Counted from the first letter of the stretch, positions 14,849 to 25,417 are shown. The stretch is DNA of 64,000 nucleotides from Burkholderiaceae bacterium (GCA_021463505.1 JAJTYR010000015.1:2968-66967), one strand, 5' to 3'. The notes: generated from the letters alone by a model not told the origin. Program-made: numbers and translations.

Positions 14849-17218
14849 ATGTCCATGACCGCAGCCGCAGCAACGCCCCGGACCGCCGACCCATCACTTC
14901 CCGCTGCATGGCGCAGCGAGGTCGACGCCCGACTCGAATCCGGCGAGGCGCCGCTGGCCTGGGTCGAACTCGACCTCGACGAGCGCCTGCGCTTCGCGCC
15001 CGGGTTGCTGCTGCTCACCCCGCGACGGCTGCTGGCTGCCGCTGCCGACCAGACATCATGGCACGACTGGGCACTGGAGCCCGGACTGGCGCTCGAGCTG
15101 AGCGACCAGGGCGGCGTGGCCGCGCTCGAATTGCGCAGCGCTGCGGCACGCATCACCGGTTGGCGTTTGACCCTCGGCCAGCACGCGGCCGCACAGCGAC
15201 TGGTCGAGCGATTCGAATACCTGGGCGAGGGTGGCGCAACGGTCGGAGTCCTGCGTACGGCGAGCTGTCCGCAATGTCAGGAACTACTTCCCGTGTCCGG
15301 TGCGCCGTGCCCGCGCTGTGCCCGGCCGGGACCCGTCGAAGCGGAAGGCGCTGGCGAGAGCGAGGAGCCGCCATCGACCTGGACGCTGCTGCGGCTGTGG
15401 CGCTTCGCGCGTCCGTACCGGCGGCAGCTGCTGGCGGGATTTCTCCTGACTCTGGCGTCCACGGCTGCGACGCTGGTTCCGCCGTACATGACGATGCCGC
15501 TGATGGACGACGTGCTGATCCCGTTCCAGAACGGCAAACCGATCGATGCCGGGCTGGTGGGCGCCTACCTGGGCGGGCTGTTGGGCGCTGCGCTGCTCGC
15601 CTGGGTACTCGGCTGGGCGCGAACCTACATCCTGGCCCTGGTCAGCGAACGGCTGGGCGCCGATCTGCGTACCGCCACCTACGAGCACCTGCTCGGGCTG
15701 TCGCTCGAGTACTTCGGCGGCAAGCGCACCGGTGACCTGATGGCGCGCATCGGCAGCGAGACCGACCGCCTGAACCTGTTCCTGTCGCTGCACCTGCTCG
15801 ATTTCGCCACCGACGTGCTGATGATCGCGATGACCGCGGCGATCCTGATCTCGATCGATCCGTGGCTCGCGGCTGTGACGCTGCTGCCGCTGCCGTTCAT
15901 CGCGTGGCTGATCCACCTGGTGCGCGATCGCCTGCGACACGGCTTCGAGAAGGTCGATCGTATCTGGTCGGAAGTGACCAACGTGCTGGCCGACACGATT
16001 CCGGGCATTCGCGTCGTCAAGGCGTTCGCGCAGGAGAGCCGCGAGGCGGCGCGCTTTCGGGCGGCCAACGAACACAACCTCGCGGTCAACGACCGGGTGA
16101 ACCGCGTCTGGTCGCTGTTCTCGCCGTCGGTGACGCTGGCCACCGAGGTCGGCCTGCTGGTTGTCTGGGCGTTCGGCATCTGGCAGGTTTCCCGCAGCAG
16201 CATCACCGTTGGCGTGCTCACCGCCTTTCTCGCCTACATCGGCCGCTTCTACACACGTCTCGATTCGATGAGCCGGATCGTCTCGCACACGCAGAAGGCG
16301 GCCGCGGGTGCCAAGCGCATTTTCGACATCCTCGACCACGTTTCCAGTGTTCCCGAGCCGGCGCAGCCGGTGCACCTGTCGCGGGTGGACGGGCGCATCG
16401 AGTTGCGCAACATCGGCTTTCGCTACGGCAACCGGGCGGTGATCCGCGGCATCGACCTCGGGATTGCGCCGGGCGAGATGATCGGTCTGGTGGGCCACAG
16501 CGGCTCGGGCAAGAGTACGCTGGTCAACCTGATCTGCCGCTTCTATGACGTCTCCGAGGGTTCGATCCTGGTCGACGGCGTGGACATCCGCTCGCTGCCG
16601 AACGCCGAGTACCGGCGCCACATCGGACTGGTGCTGCAGGAGCCGTTCCTGTTCTTCGGCACCATCGCCGAGAACATCGCCTACGGCAAGCCGGGAGCGA
16701 GCCGCGACGAGATCGTCGCCGCTGCGCGCGCCGCTCACGCCCACGAGTTCATCCTGCGGCTGCCGCACGGTTACGACTCGCTGGTGGGCGAGCGCGGCCA
16801 GGCGCTGTCGGGCGGCGAACGCCAGCGGATCTCGATCGCGCGCGCGCTGCTGATCGACCCGCGCATCCTGATCCTGGACGAGGCCACGTCGGCGGTCGAC
16901 ACGGCCACCGAAAAGGAAATCCAGAAGGCACTCGACAACCTGGTGCAGGGCCGCACCACGATCGCGATCGCGCATCGCCTGAGCACGTTGCGCAAGGCCC
17001 ACCGGCTGGTGGTGCTCGATCGCGGGCAGGTGGCCGAGGTCGGTCCGCACGACGAGCTGATGGCCTGCGAAGGCGCCTACTATCGTCTCTACCAGGCGCA
17101 ACAGCGTCGTGCCGAGGCCGATCGGCTCGACGAAGGTGCCGCGCGGCCCGGGCGTGACGCCGAAGCCGGGTCACCGCCCATTGCGCCGGCGATCGCCGGC
17201 GGAGCGAAGCAGGCGTGA
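14849..17218 (+). CDS. Fused ABC exporter (TMD+NBD, MsbA-like) with a ~180-aa N-terminal extension. The extension has a bPH-like segment and a CPQC...CPRC zinc ribbon.
   Basis: 789 aa. Walker A is GHSGSGKST, the signature is LSGGERQR and Walker B is ILILDEATS. Six-TM ABC_membrane-like region starts near TWTLLRLWRFARPYRRQLL. The N-terminal extension contains GLLLLTPRRLL and CPQCQELLPVSGAPCPRC. Confidence 0.85.
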   Translation: MSMTAAAATPRTADPSLPAAWRSEVDARLESGEAPLAWVELDLDERLRFAPGLLLLTPRRLLAAAADQTSWHDWALEPGLALELSDQGGVAALELRSAAARITGWRLTLGQHAAAQRLVERFEYLGEGGATVGVLRTASCPQCQELLPVSGAPCPRCARPGPVEAEGAGESEEPPSTWTLLRLWRFARPYRRQLLAGFLLTLASTAATLVPPYMTMPLMDDVLIPFQNGKPIDAGLVGAYLGGLLGAALLAWVLGWARTYILALVSERLGADLRTATYEHLLGLSLEYFGGKRTGDLMARIGSETDRLNLFLSLHLLDFATDVLMIAMTAAILISIDPWLAAVTLLPLPFIAWLIHLVRDRLRHGFEKVDRIWSEVTNVLADTIPGIRVVKAFAQESREAARFRAANEHNLAVNDRVNRVWSLFSPSVTLATEVGLLVVWAFGIWQVSRSSITVGVLTAFLAYIGRFYTRLDSMSRIVSHTQKAAAGAKRIFDILDHVSSVPEPAQPVHLSRVDGRIELRNIGFRYGNRAVIRGIDLGIAPGEMIGLVGHSGSGKSTLVNLICRFYDVSEGSILVDGVDIRSLPNAEYRRHIGLVLQEPFLFFGTIAENIAYGKPGASRDEIVAAARAAHAHEFILRLPHGYDSLVGERGQALSGGERQRISIARALLIDPRILILDEATSAVDTATEKEIQKALDNLVQGRTTIAIAHRLSTLRKAHRLVVLDRGQVAEVGPHDELMACEGAYYRLYQAQQRRAEADRLDEGAARPGRDAEAGSPPIAPAIAGGAKQA

Positions 17219-17742
17219 GCGAGCCTTCGAACGCGCGCGAGCCATCGCAGGCTGCCGCCGCGCCGGCAGTGCTCGCAGCGCCCGGATTCGCGCTCGGCCG
17301 GGATCCATTCGGCCGGCTGGTGGCGAGACTGGCCGACGGCACGGTCCACGTCGGCGCCGTCGCGGTGCGCGCGTTTCCGATTTCGGCGCCCGTCGAAGGT
17401 GTGTCGCTGGTCGACGTCGACGGACACGAACTGGTCTGGATCCCGCGGCTCGCCGACCTGCCCGAGGCCACGCGTGCGTTGCTCGACGAGGAACTCGCCC
17501 GGCGCGAGTTCATGCCCGAGATCCGCGGCATCCGCGCGGTGTCGGGGTTCGTGACCCCCTGCACCTGGGAGGTGATCACCGACCGGGGTCCGACGCGCTT
17601 CGTGCTCCCCGGCGAGGAGGCGATCCGGCGGCTGTCGCGCTCGACGCTGCTGATTGCCGATACCCACGGCATCCACTACCTCGTGCGCGACATCGCCGCA
17701 CTCGACCGCCCCAGCCGAAAGCTGCTCGATCGATTTCTCTGA
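17215..17742 (+). CDS. DUF1854-family protein, translationally coupled to the ABC exporter
   Basis: The 175-aa sequence (FALGRDPFGRLVARLADGTVHVGAVAVRAFPIS...ELVWIPRLADLP...REFMPEIRGIRAVS...TPCTWEVITDRGPTRFVL...LLIADTHGIHYLVRDIAALDRPSRKLLDRFL) matches my recollection of DUF1854. The start is a GTGA overlap with the ABC stop. Confidence 0.7.
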   Translation: MSEPSNAREPSQAAAAPAVLAAPGFALGRDPFGRLVARLADGTVHVGAVAVRAFPISAPVEGVSLVDVDGHELVWIPRLADLPEATRALLDEELARREFMPEIRGIRAVSGFVTPCTWEVITDRGPTRFVLPGEEAIRRLSRSTLLIADTHGIHYLVRDIAALDRPSRKLLDRFL

Positions 17743-17797
17743 GCAGGCGACGGGGGCGGTGCGCGCGCTGGCTCGACGGCGGGCAGGCCGCGGTGTA

Positions 17798-18466
17798 TCA
17801 GCGCAACCCGAGCAGATCGAGGAGATCCAGCGGCTCGCCGATCAGATGGTCGGCGCCCCACTGATGCGGCGGTGCATCGCCGCCGCAGAATCCGTACGCG
17901 GCGGCGATCGCAGCCATTCGCGCAGCGTGACCCGCTTCGATGTCGCGCTGGTCGTCGCCGACATAGATGCAGCGGTGCGCATCCACTGCGGCGAGGCGGG
18001 CGCCGTGCAACAGCGGTTCGGGGTGCGGTTTCGAATAACCGGTGGTGTCGCCGCCAACCACGCAGGCCGAGCGCCCGAGCAGGCCGAGCCCCGCGAGGAT
18101 CGGGCGCACGTATCGCTCGAACTTGTTGCTCACCACGCCCCAGCGGATGCCGGCGTCGTCCAGCGCGTCCAGCACCTCGGGCATTCCGTCGAACAACCGG
18201 GTGCGCACCAGCATTGCCGCCTCGTAGCGCTGCAGGAAATCGCGGCGCAGCGGCTCGAAACCGGCGTCCTCGCGCGTCACGCCCAGACCCTTCATGATCA
18301 GGCCGCGCGCGCCCATCGACGCATAAGGGCGCAACGCCTCGTCGGAGAGTGGGGCAAGGCCGCGCTCCGCGCGCATCGCGTGGATCGGCGCGGCAAGGTC
18401 TTCGGCGGTGTCGGCCAGGGTGCCGTCGAGATCGAAGAACAGGGCAAGCGGGCGCTCGACCGTCAT
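17798..18466 (-). CDS. HAD-IA family phosphatase (phosphoglycolate phosphatase / MupP-like)
   Basis: The internal start MTVERPLALFFDLDGTLADT carries the DxDGT motif. VVSNK and YVGDDQRDIEAG motifs are also present. It lies downstream of ubiG as in many proteobacteria. The 490-aa track ORF is an out-of-frame over-extension through ubiG. Confidence 0.8.
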   Translation of the reverse strand: MTVERPLALFFDLDGTLADTAEDLAAPIHAMRAERGLAPLSDEALRPYASMGARGLIMKGLGVTREDAGFEPLRRDFLQRYEAAMLVRTRLFDGMPEVLDALDDAGIRWGVVSNKFERYVRPILAGLGLLGRSACVVGGDTTGYSKPHPEPLLHGARLAAVDAHRCIYVGDDQRDIEAGHAARMAAIAAAYGFCGGDAPPHQWGADHLIGEPLDLLDLLGLR

Positions 18467-18471
18467 CGGGT

Positions 18472-19188
18472 TCAGGCGGGGCGCCGGAATGCGGCCAGGT
18501 AGTTGACGTCGACGTCGCGCGCGTCGAGTCGATATTGCCGCGTGATCGGGTTGTAGGTCATGCCGCTCATCGCGATCACGTCGAGGCCACTGCGGCGCGC
18601 CGCCGCAGCCAGCTCGGAGGGCCGGATGAATTTCCCGTATTCGTGGGTGCCGCGCGGCAGCAGGCGAAGAAGGTACTCCGCGCCGACGATCGCCAGCATG
18701 AACGCCTTGGGATTGCGGTTGATCGTGGAGAAGAAAACCCAGCCGCCGGGGCGTGCAAGGTTTGCGCAGGCGCGCACGATCGACTCGGGGTCGGGCACGT
18801 GCTCGAGCAGCTCCATGCAGGTGACCACGTCCCAGGCGGCGGGCTCCCGCGCCGCCAGGTCTTCGGCAGCGATGCGCTCGTATTCGACTGCTGCGCCGCT
18901 CTCGATCGCGTGCAACTCGGCCACCTGCAACGACCGTTCGGCGAGATCGATGCCGCGGACCTGTGCGCCGCGCTGCGCCATGGCTTCGGCAAGGATGCCG
19001 CCGCCACAGCCGACGTCGACGGCGCGCTTGCCTGCCAGCGACGCGATTCGATCGATCCAGTCGAGCCGCAGCGGGTTGATTTCGTGCAGCGGCCGGAACT
19101 CGGAATGCGGATCCCACCAGCGCGCCGCGAGCGCCTGGAATTTCTCCAGTTCGGCGGGATCGACGTTGGCGGCGGGAGCGGCAGTCAC
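18472..19188 (-). CDS. ubiG: Bifunctional 2-polyprenyl-6-hydroxyphenol / 3-demethylubiquinol O-methyltransferase
   Basis: 238 aa. [22 protein letters not shown], the SAM motif [12 protein letters not shown], and [10 protein letters not shown] support the call. The start codon is GTG. Confidence 0.92.
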   Translation of the reverse strand: MTAAPAANVDPAELEKFQALAARWWDPHSEFRPLHEINPLRLDWIDRIASLAGKRAVDVGCGGGILAEAMAQRGAQVRGIDLAERSLQVAELHAIESGAAVEYERIAAEDLAAREPAAWDVVTCMELLEHVPDPESIVRACANLARPGGWVFFSTINRNPKAFMLAIVGAEYLLRLLPRGTHEYGKFIRPSELAAAARRSGLDVIAMSGMTYNPITRQYRLDARDVDVNYLAAFRRPA

Positions 19189-19235
19189 GATGGCGGGTGG
19201 CGTGCGGGCGTGCGAGAACCTGTGATTCTACGGGA

Positions 19236-19262
19236 CGAAAAAAACCCCGCCGAAGCGGGGTG
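19236..19262 (-). terminator. Rho-independent terminator after the ompA-family gene
   Basis: The minus strand reads CCCCGCTTCGGCGGGGTTTTTTTCG: a GC stem, a TTCG loop and a T7 run, about 40 nt past the stop. Confidence 0.8.
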
Positions 19263-19300
19263 ACAGCCATCCGGCCGGACGAGCCGGCCGGTCGGCACGA

Positions 19301-19984
19301 TCAGCGGCGCGTGCGCGTGCCGACGACCTCGACTTCCACGCGACGGTTCTTCGCGCGGCCCTCGCGGGTGCGATTGTCGGCGACCGGCTGCTTCTCGCCC
19401 TTGCCTTCGGTGTAGACGCGATTGGCTTCGATGCCCTTGCTCACCAGGTAGGCCTTGACCGATTCGGCGCGGCGCACCGACAACTTCTGGTTGTAGGCGT
19501 CGGTGCCGACGCTGTCGGTGTGGCCGACCGCGATGATCACCTCGAGCGTGACACCCGCGAGCTTGCCGACGAGATCGTCCAGGCGCGCCTTGCCTTCGGG
19601 CTTGAGCACGGCCTTGTCGAAGTCGAAGAACGTATCGGCTGCGAAGGTGACCTTCTCGCTCGTGGGTGCCGGCGCGGGCGCAGGCTTGGGTGCCGGGGCG
19701 GGCGCCGGGGCCGGGGCAGGTGCCGGGGCAGGCGCCGGGGCCGGCTTGGGCGCCGGCGCGGGCGCCGGTTTCGGCAGCAGATCGTCGTCGCAACCCACGA
19801 AGGCGTCGGCTGGCGTCCAGTAGCCGGTGTGTACGCACAGGCCGGCACCGCTCTTCACGACCGTGCGGTCGGGGCTGACGACATAACCCGCCTTGTCGGC
19901 AGGTGCGGTCTGCGAATACGACACCAACGGGGCCGCCAGCATCGCCGCAGCGACGACGCAGGCCAGTTTGACCGGTTTGTTCAT
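19301..19984 (-). CDS. OmpA-family (peptidoglycan-associated) protein with an Ala-Pro repeat linker
   Basis: The start MNKPVKLACVVAAAMLA is preceded by the RBS AAAGGAGAAAC. It has a signal peptide, an (AP)n/KP linker, and a C-terminal OmpA_C motif FDFDKAVLKPEGKARLD...GHTDSVGTDAYNQKLSVRRAESV. Confidence 0.9.
   Translation of the reverse strand: MNKPVKLACVVAAAMLAAPLVSYSQTAPADKAGYVVSPDRTVVKSGAGLCVHTGYWTPADAFVGCDDDLLPKPAPAPAPKPAPAPAPAPAPAPAPAPAPKPAPAPAPTSEKVTFAADTFFDFDKAVLKPEGKARLDDLVGKLAGVTLEVIIAVGHTDSVGTDAYNQKLSVRRAESVKAYLVSKGIEANRVYTEGKGEKQPVADNRTREGRAKNRRVEVEVVGTRTRR
19664..19775. repeat. Tandem GC-rich hexanucleotide repeats encoding PKPAPAPAPKPAPAPAPAPAPAPAPAPAPKPAPAPAP in the OmpA-family linker
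   Basis: Read directly from the DNA and the translated ORF. Confidence 0.9.
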
Positions 19985-20047
19985 GTTTCTCCTTTCGGTA
20001 GAACGCAATTCTGGGTTCGACGCTGACAGGTTCGACGTGGCCCGGAA

Positions 20048-21487
20048 TCAGACCTGACCTGACAAAATTTCGCCGACACGATTGTGCCACACAGCGGTTC
20101 GGCCAACCACCTCATGGATCACGACTCTGGCTGAATCGTCAGCGATTTGTCGCTTGTTGACAACATGTCTGCCAGCGACCCAGACATGCCGAACGTGCTC
20201 GCGCCCGCAACAGTAGACGAGGTGCGAGACCGGGTCGAACACCGGGGCGAGTTCGGCGCCCGAGAGGTCGAGCGCCACCAGGTCGGCCTGCTTGCCGACT
20301 TCGATCGAGCCGATCCGGTCGTCCATGCCGAGCGCGCGCGCCGCGTCGAGCGTCATCGCGCGCAGCGTGCGCGCGGCGGGCCACGCTTCGGCGCTGCCCG
20401 AGTCTCCCTTGGCGAGCAGCGCTGCGGTGCGCGCTTCGCCGAGCAGGTCCAGGCGGTTGTTGCTCGCCGAGCCGTCGGTGCCGAGGCCCACCGTGATGCC
20501 CAGTTCGTGCATGCGCGCCGTGGGCGCGATGCCGCTGGCCAGTTTGAGGTTGGAGTGCGGGCAGTGTGCGACCGAGGCTCCGGCGTCGGCGAGCAGGCGC
20601 AGGTCGCTTTCGCTCAGGTGCACCGCGTGCACCGCGATCAGCTCCGGGCCGACCACGCCGAGCTCGGCCAGCCGTTCGAGCGGGCGCATGCCGTGCTGCG
20701 CGATGCCGGCCTCGACCTCCTCGCGCGTCTCGTGCACATGCGTGTGGATCGGCAGCCCCAGTTCGCGCGACAGGGTCGCGATCCGGCGCAGCGCCCCGTC
20801 ATTCACCGTGTACGGTGCGTGTGGTGCGAGGCAAAAGCTCACCAGCGGTTCGTCGCGCATGCGGTCGCGCAACTGCAGGCCCTTGCGCAGGTAGTCGGCC
20901 GCGTCGCTCGCCCAGGCCGACGGGAAATCGATCACGATGATGCCGTGGACGCTGCGTATCCCCAACGCGGCGGCTGCCGTGATTGCCGCCTCGGGGAAGA
21001 AGTACATGTCGTTCACACAGGTGATGCCGCCCAGCAGCATCTCGTGAAAGGCGAGCAGCGCACCGTCGTGAACGAACTGGGCGCCGACCAGTCGCGATTC
21101 GAGCGGCCAGATCCGCTGCTGCAGCCAGCGCTCGAGCGGCAGGTCGTCGCCGACGCCGCGCAGCAGCGCCATCGCTGCGTGTGCGTGCAGGTTCACGAAG
21201 CCGGGTGCAAGCAGGTGCCCGGGCAGCGCCAGGGTTTCGGCGTGCGGATAGCGTTGCCGCGCCTCGCCGAGCGCCAGCAGCGCAGCGATGCGGTCTGCCT
21301 CGATCAACAGCGCGTGGTCGGTGAGCACACGAGGCGCGCGGTCGTGGTCACGGGGGTCCGTCGCAGCGGGGTCGACCGGGACGATCCACTGCGGCGCGAT
21401 CAGGAGCGGGTTCGGCAAGGGCGGTTCCGGGAGTCGGGCGAAGACGGGCCAGTGACGCGAGCGGCTTCCTGCGCGATTTAAGCACAC
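20048..21487 (-). CDS. mtaD: TRZ/ATZ-family amidohydrolase (5-methylthioadenosine/S-adenosylhomocysteine deaminase-like)
   Basis: Metal-binding [30 protein letters not shown] and GLGTDG motifs are present. The start is uncertain: the longest ORF starts at GTG 21487, and TTG 21418 would give about 456 aa, closer to the family length. Confidence 0.8.
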   Translation of the reverse strand: MCLNRAGSRSRHWPVFARLPEPPLPNPLLIAPQWIVPVDPAATDPRDHDRAPRVLTDHALLIEADRIAALLALGEARQRYPHAETLALPGHLLAPGFVNLHAHAAMALLRGVGDDLPLERWLQQRIWPLESRLVGAQFVHDGALLAFHEMLLGGITCVNDMYFFPEAAITAAAALGIRSVHGIIVIDFPSAWASDAADYLRKGLQLRDRMRDEPLVSFCLAPHAPYTVNDGALRRIATLSRELGLPIHTHVHETREEVEAGIAQHGMRPLERLAELGVVGPELIAVHAVHLSESDLRLLADAGASVAHCPHSNLKLASGIAPTARMHELGITVGLGTDGSASNNRLDLLGEARTAALLAKGDSGSAEAWPAARTLRAMTLDAARALGMDDRIGSIEVGKQADLVALDLSGAELAPVFDPVSHLVYCCGREHVRHVWVAGRHVVNKRQIADDSARVVIHEVVGRTAVWHNRVGEILSGQV

Positions 21488-21530
21488 GCGAGCGATCGGT
21501 GGCGCGGTGCCCGGACGCGGTCGGTGTGCG

Positions 21531-21539
21531 TGTTAAAAT
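21531..21539 (+). promoter_or_regulatory. Candidate extended -10 element (TGTTAAAAT) of the gyrA promoter
   Basis: This is the only AT-rich element in the 98-bp gap upstream of gyrA, about 47 nt before the ATG. The -35 element is poor. Supported by motif match only. Confidence 0.35.
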
Positions 21540-21585
21540 TCAAAGGTTTAGCGGCAGCCGCGCGCCCTCGCCGAGATCCCTCCGC

Positions 21586-24192
21586 ATGGATTCCTTCGCC
21601 AAAGAAACCCTCCCGATCAGCCTCGAAGAGGAGATGCGCCGCTCGTACCTCGACTATGCGATGAGCGTGATCGTCGGGCGGGCGCTGCCCGACGTGCGCG
21701 ACGGCCTGAAGCCGGTGCACCGGCGCGTGCTGTTTTCGATGCACGAAGTCAACAACGTCTGGAACCGGCCGTTCGTGAAGTGCGCGCGCATCGTCGGCGA
21801 CGTGATGGGCAAGTACCACCCGCACGGGGACGCGTCGATCTACGACACGCTGGTACGCATGGCGCAGGATTTCTCGCTGCGCTACCTGCTGGTCGACGGC
21901 CAGGGCAACTTCGGCTCGGTCGACGGTGACAACGCGGCGGCGATGCGCTACACCGAGTGCCGGCTGCAGCGACTGGCCGGCGAGATGCTCGCCGACATCG
22001 ACAGGGAGACGGTCGACTTCCAGCCGAATTACGACGGCAAGGAGAGCGAGCCGACGGTGCTGCCGGCGCGCATCCCGAACCTGTTGATCAACGGCTCGGC
22101 CGGCATCGCGGTCGGCATGGCCACGAACATCCCGCCGCACAACCTCGGCGAGGTCGTCGAGGCCTGCATGGCCCTGCTGCGCCGGCCCGAGACGACGATC
22201 GACGAGCTGATCGAACTGGTTCCTGCACCCGACTTTCCCACCGCCGGCATCATCTACGGCGTGCAGGGCGTGCGCGAGGGCTACCGCACCGGGCGCGGTC
22301 GCGTGGTCATGCGGGCTACGACGCACATCGAGGAGATCGATCGCGGCAACCGCAGCGCGATCATCGTCGACGAACTGCCGTACCAGGTGAACAAGCGGCT
22401 GCTGCTCGAGCGCATCGCCGACCTGGTCAACGACAAGAAGATCGACGGCATCTCCGACATCCGCGACGAGTCCGACAAGTCGGGCATGCGCGTGGTGATC
22501 GAGTTGAAGCGCGGCGAATTGCCCGAGATCGTGCTGAACAACCTGTACAAGCAGACACAGCTGCAGGACACGTTCGGCATCAACATGGTGGCGCTGGTCG
22601 ACGGCCAGCCGCGGCTGCTCAACCTGCGGCAGATGCTCGAGGCGTTCCTCGCGCACCGGCGCGAGGTGGTCACGCGGCGCACGATGTTCGAACTGCGCAA
22701 GGCGCGCGAGCGCGGCCACATTCTCGAAGGTCTGGCGGTGGCGATCGCCAACGTCGACGAGATGATCGAGCTGATCAAGGCCTCGCCGACGCCGCCGATC
22801 GCCAGGGAGCGCCTGATGGCGCGCGGCTGGAGTGCCGGCGTGGCGCGCGAGATGCTCGAGCGCGCGGGCAGCGACATCGCCGAGTTCCGGCCCGAGGGGC
22901 TCGACCCGTCGGTCGGCCTGTCGGGTGGTGTCTACCGCCTCTCCGATGCGCAGGCGCAGGAGATCCTGCAGATGCGGCTGCAGCGGCTCACCGGGCTCGA
23001 GCAGGACAAGATCGTGCAGGAATACCGCGAGGTGATCGGGCAGATCGTCGACCTGCTCGATATCCTGGCGCGGCCGGAGCGCATCACGCAGATCATCGGC
23101 GACGAGCTGAAGGCGATCAAGGCCGAGTATGGCGATGCGCGCCGCTCGGTGATCGAGCTGAACGCCACCGACCTGGACACCGAAGACCTGATCGCGCCGC
23201 AGGACATGGTCGTCACGCTGTCGCACTCGGGCTACGTCAAGAGCCAGCCGCTTTCGGAATACCGCGCACAGCGCCGCGGCGGGCGCGGCAAGCAGGCCGC
23301 GGCCACCAAGGAAGAAGACTGGATCGACCAGCTGTTCATCGCGAACACGCACCAGTTCATCCTGTGCTTCTCCGACCGCGGCCGCGTCTACTGGATCAAG
23401 GTCTGGGAGGTGCCGCAGGGCACCCGCACCTCGCGCGGCAAGCCGATCGTCAACCTGTTCCCGCTGGCCGACGGCGAGAAGATCACCGTCGTGCTGCCGG
23501 TCAAGTCGTTCGACGAGGCGCACTACGTGTTCATGGCCACCAGCCTGGGCACCGTGAAGAAGACGCCGCTGTCCGAGTTCTCGAACCCGCGCAGGGCCGG
23601 CATCATCGCGGTGGACCTCGATGACGGCGATTTCCTGATCGGGGCCGCGGTCACCGACGGCAGTCACGACGTGATGCTGTTCTCGGATGCGGGCAAGGCG
23701 GTGCGCTTCGACGAGAACGACGTGCGGCCGATGGGCCGCGCGGCGCGCGGCGTGCGCGGCATGATGCTCGAGGACGGCCAGCAGCTGATCTCGATGCTGG
23801 TGGCGGGTGACGAGCAGCAATCGGTGCTCACGGCCACGGAGAACGGCTTCGGCAAGCGCACCCCGATCGTCGAATACACGCGGCACGGCCGTGGCACCAA
23901 GGGGATGATCGCGATCCAGACTTCGGAGCGCAACGGCAGGGTGGTCGCGGCGGTGCTGGTGGATGAACGCGACGAGATCATGCTGATCACCACTGGCGGG
24001 GTACTGGTGCGCACCCGCGTCGCCGAGATCCGCGAGATGGGCCGTGCCACGCAGGGCGTCACGCTGATCACGATCGACGAGGGGGCCACCCTCACCGGCG
24101 TGCAGAGAGTGGTCGAGCGCGACGCCGCCGAGAATGGCCATGAGGGCGACAGCGCAGAGGCGCCCGCAGCCGGTGAGGCGGGCGACGCCTGA
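21586..24192 (+). CDS. gyrA: DNA gyrase subunit A
   Basis: The internal ATG gives [49 protein letters not shown]. The active-site AAMRYTE is present, and the C-terminal beta-pinwheel repeats end in an acidic tail. Confidence 0.97.
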   Translation: MDSFAKETLPISLEEEMRRSYLDYAMSVIVGRALPDVRDGLKPVHRRVLFSMHEVNNVWNRPFVKCARIVGDVMGKYHPHGDASIYDTLVRMAQDFSLRYLLVDGQGNFGSVDGDNAAAMRYTECRLQRLAGEMLADIDRETVDFQPNYDGKESEPTVLPARIPNLLINGSAGIAVGMATNIPPHNLGEVVEACMALLRRPETTIDELIELVPAPDFPTAGIIYGVQGVREGYRTGRGRVVMRATTHIEEIDRGNRSAIIVDELPYQVNKRLLLERIADLVNDKKIDGISDIRDESDKSGMRVVIELKRGELPEIVLNNLYKQTQLQDTFGINMVALVDGQPRLLNLRQMLEAFLAHRREVVTRRTMFELRKARERGHILEGLAVAIANVDEMIELIKASPTPPIARERLMARGWSAGVAREMLERAGSDIAEFRPEGLDPSVGLSGGVYRLSDAQAQEILQMRLQRLTGLEQDKIVQEYREVIGQIVDLLDILARPERITQIIGDELKAIKAEYGDARRSVIELNATDLDTEDLIAPQDMVVTLSHSGYVKSQPLSEYRAQRRGGRGKQAAATKEEDWIDQLFIANTHQFILCFSDRGRVYWIKVWEVPQGTRTSRGKPIVNLFPLADGEKITVVLPVKSFDEAHYVFMATSLGTVKKTPLSEFSNPRRAGIIAVDLDDGDFLIGAAVTDGSHDVMLFSDAGKAVRFDENDVRPMGRAARGVRGMMLEDGQQLISMLVAGDEQQSVLTATENGFGKRTPIVEYTRHGRGTKGMIAIQTSERNGRVVAAVLVDERDEIMLITTGGVLVRTRVAEIREMGRATQGVTLITIDEGATLTGVQRVVERDAAENGHEGDSAEAPAAGEAGDA

Positions 24193-24230
24193 TACGATCC
24201 CCGCCACCGATCCGTCCGACGAGCGCCGCC

Positions 24231-25334
24231 ATGGCCGAGCAAAACCATCCACAGCCCGCGGCCGCTGACGGCGAGCTCGATGCGCTGCGCGCGGCGATCG
24301 ACGCGATCGACCGTGAGGTCATCGAGCGGCTGAACCGGCGCGCCGCACTGGCCCGGCAGGTCGGCGAACTCAAGCAGCGCACCGACGCGCCGGTCTATCG
24401 GCCCGAGCGCGAAGCGCAGATCATGTCGCGATTGCGCCAACTCAATCCGGGCCCGCTGTCGGGCGACGCGATCGAGGCGATCTGGCGTGAAGTCGTCTCG
24501 GCGTGCCGCGAGCTCGAACGGCGTCTGCGCGTGGCGTATCTCGGCCCGACGGGCACTTTCTCCGAGCAGGCGCTGTTGCGTCACTTCGGGTCTTCGGTCG
24601 ACGCGGTCGCCTGCCCGACGATCGACGAGGTGTTTCGCGCCACCGAGGCGGGAACCACCGATTTCGGGATCGTGCCGGTCGAAAACTCGTCCGAGGGCGC
24701 GGTCAACCGCACGCTGGATCTGTTCCTGCTCACGCCGCTCGTGATCAGCGGCGAGGTGTCGGTGCCGGTGCGCCAGAACCTGATGACGCTCGGCGCCGGC
24801 CTGGACGGCGTGCGCCGGATCGTCTCGCATCCGCAGTCGCTCGCACAGTGCGCCGGCTGGCTCGATCGCAATGCGCCGGGCATCGAGCGGGTGCCGGTGG
24901 CGAGCAACGCGGAGGCTGCGCGCCTCGCGGCTGCGGACCCGGGCACCGCCGCGATCGCCGGCGACCATGCGGCACAGCGCTATGGCCTGCAGATCGTCGT
25001 GCGCAGCATCCAGGACGACGCCAACAACCGGACCCGCTTCGCGGTGCTCGGCCGCCATGCCTGCGCGCCTTCGGGGGCCGACCAGACCTCGCTGATCCTG
25101 TCGGTGCCGGATCGGGCGGGGGCAGTGCATGCGCTGATCGAGCCGTTCGCGCGCCACGGCGTGTCGATGAAGCGCTTCGAATCGCGCCCGGCACGCCAGG
25201 GTCTGTGGGAATATTACTTCTACATCGACCTGATCGGCCATCGCGACGACCCGCCGGTGGCCGCGGCGCTGGCCGAACTGCAGTCGCAGGCCGCACTCTG
25301 CAAGGTGATCGGCTCGTATCCGCGCGCGACCTGA
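24231..25334 (+). CDS. pheA: Bifunctional chorismate mutase / prephenate dehydratase
   Basis: 367 aa. The CM domain (LDALRAAIDAIDREVIERLNRRAALARQV), the PDT domain (VAYLGPTGTFSEQA) and an ACT domain (TSLILSVPDRAGAV) are all present. Confidence 0.93.
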   Translation: MAEQNHPQPAAADGELDALRAAIDAIDREVIERLNRRAALARQVGELKQRTDAPVYRPEREAQIMSRLRQLNPGPLSGDAIEAIWREVVSACRELERRLRVAYLGPTGTFSEQALLRHFGSSVDAVACPTIDEVFRATEAGTTDFGIVPVENSSEGAVNRTLDLFLLTPLVISGEVSVPVRQNLMTLGAGLDGVRRIVSHPQSLAQCAGWLDRNAPGIERVPVASNAEAARLAAADPGTAAIAGDHAAQRYGLQIVVRSIQDDANNRTRFAVLGRHACAPSGADQTSLILSVPDRAGAVHALIEPFARHGVSMKRFESRPARQGLWEYYFYIDLIGHRDDPPVAAALAELQSQAALCKVIGSYPRAT

Positions 25335-25417
25335 CGGCGCTCGCGCCTGCGGGTCGGTTATCCTTGCACGCCAGTCGCCGGGCCCACCGGCGGCGGCATT
25401 CGCAGGCATCGAATTCC

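Noticed and set aside
17798-19270. Track ORFs that appear as very long N-terminally extended proteins (e.g. 490 aa here; also 24503-26512, 28694-29854, 32250-33896, 34622-36100, 39586-41058, 40971-42248, 44886-46571, 47963-49780, 56714-58501, 59811-61013, 60557-62311, 61864-63021 and 62397-63695)
   Set aside because: The recognisable protein begins at an internal start with an RBS or a coupling overlap. The upstream extension runs through the neighbouring gene in another frame and is Arg/Pro/Ala-rich junk. The genes were called from the internal starts instead.
19664-19775. Tandem short repeats checked as a possible CRISPR array
   Set aside because: The repeat unit is 6 nt with no spacers and lies inside a coding linker. 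It is not a CRISPR array, and no CRISPR-like repeat-spacer structure was seen anywhere in the window.
20040-20075. CAGGTCAGGTC string reminiscent of the SRP (4.5S) RNA conserved motif
   Set aside because: It is the last codons of the mtaD-like gene (ILSGQV-stop). The following GGAAGCAGCC part of the SRP motif and the flanking helix are absent.
21478-24252. 924-aa ORF on the minus strand
   Set aside because: It is antisense to gyrA, has no domain signatures, and fits the same high-GC artefact explanation.
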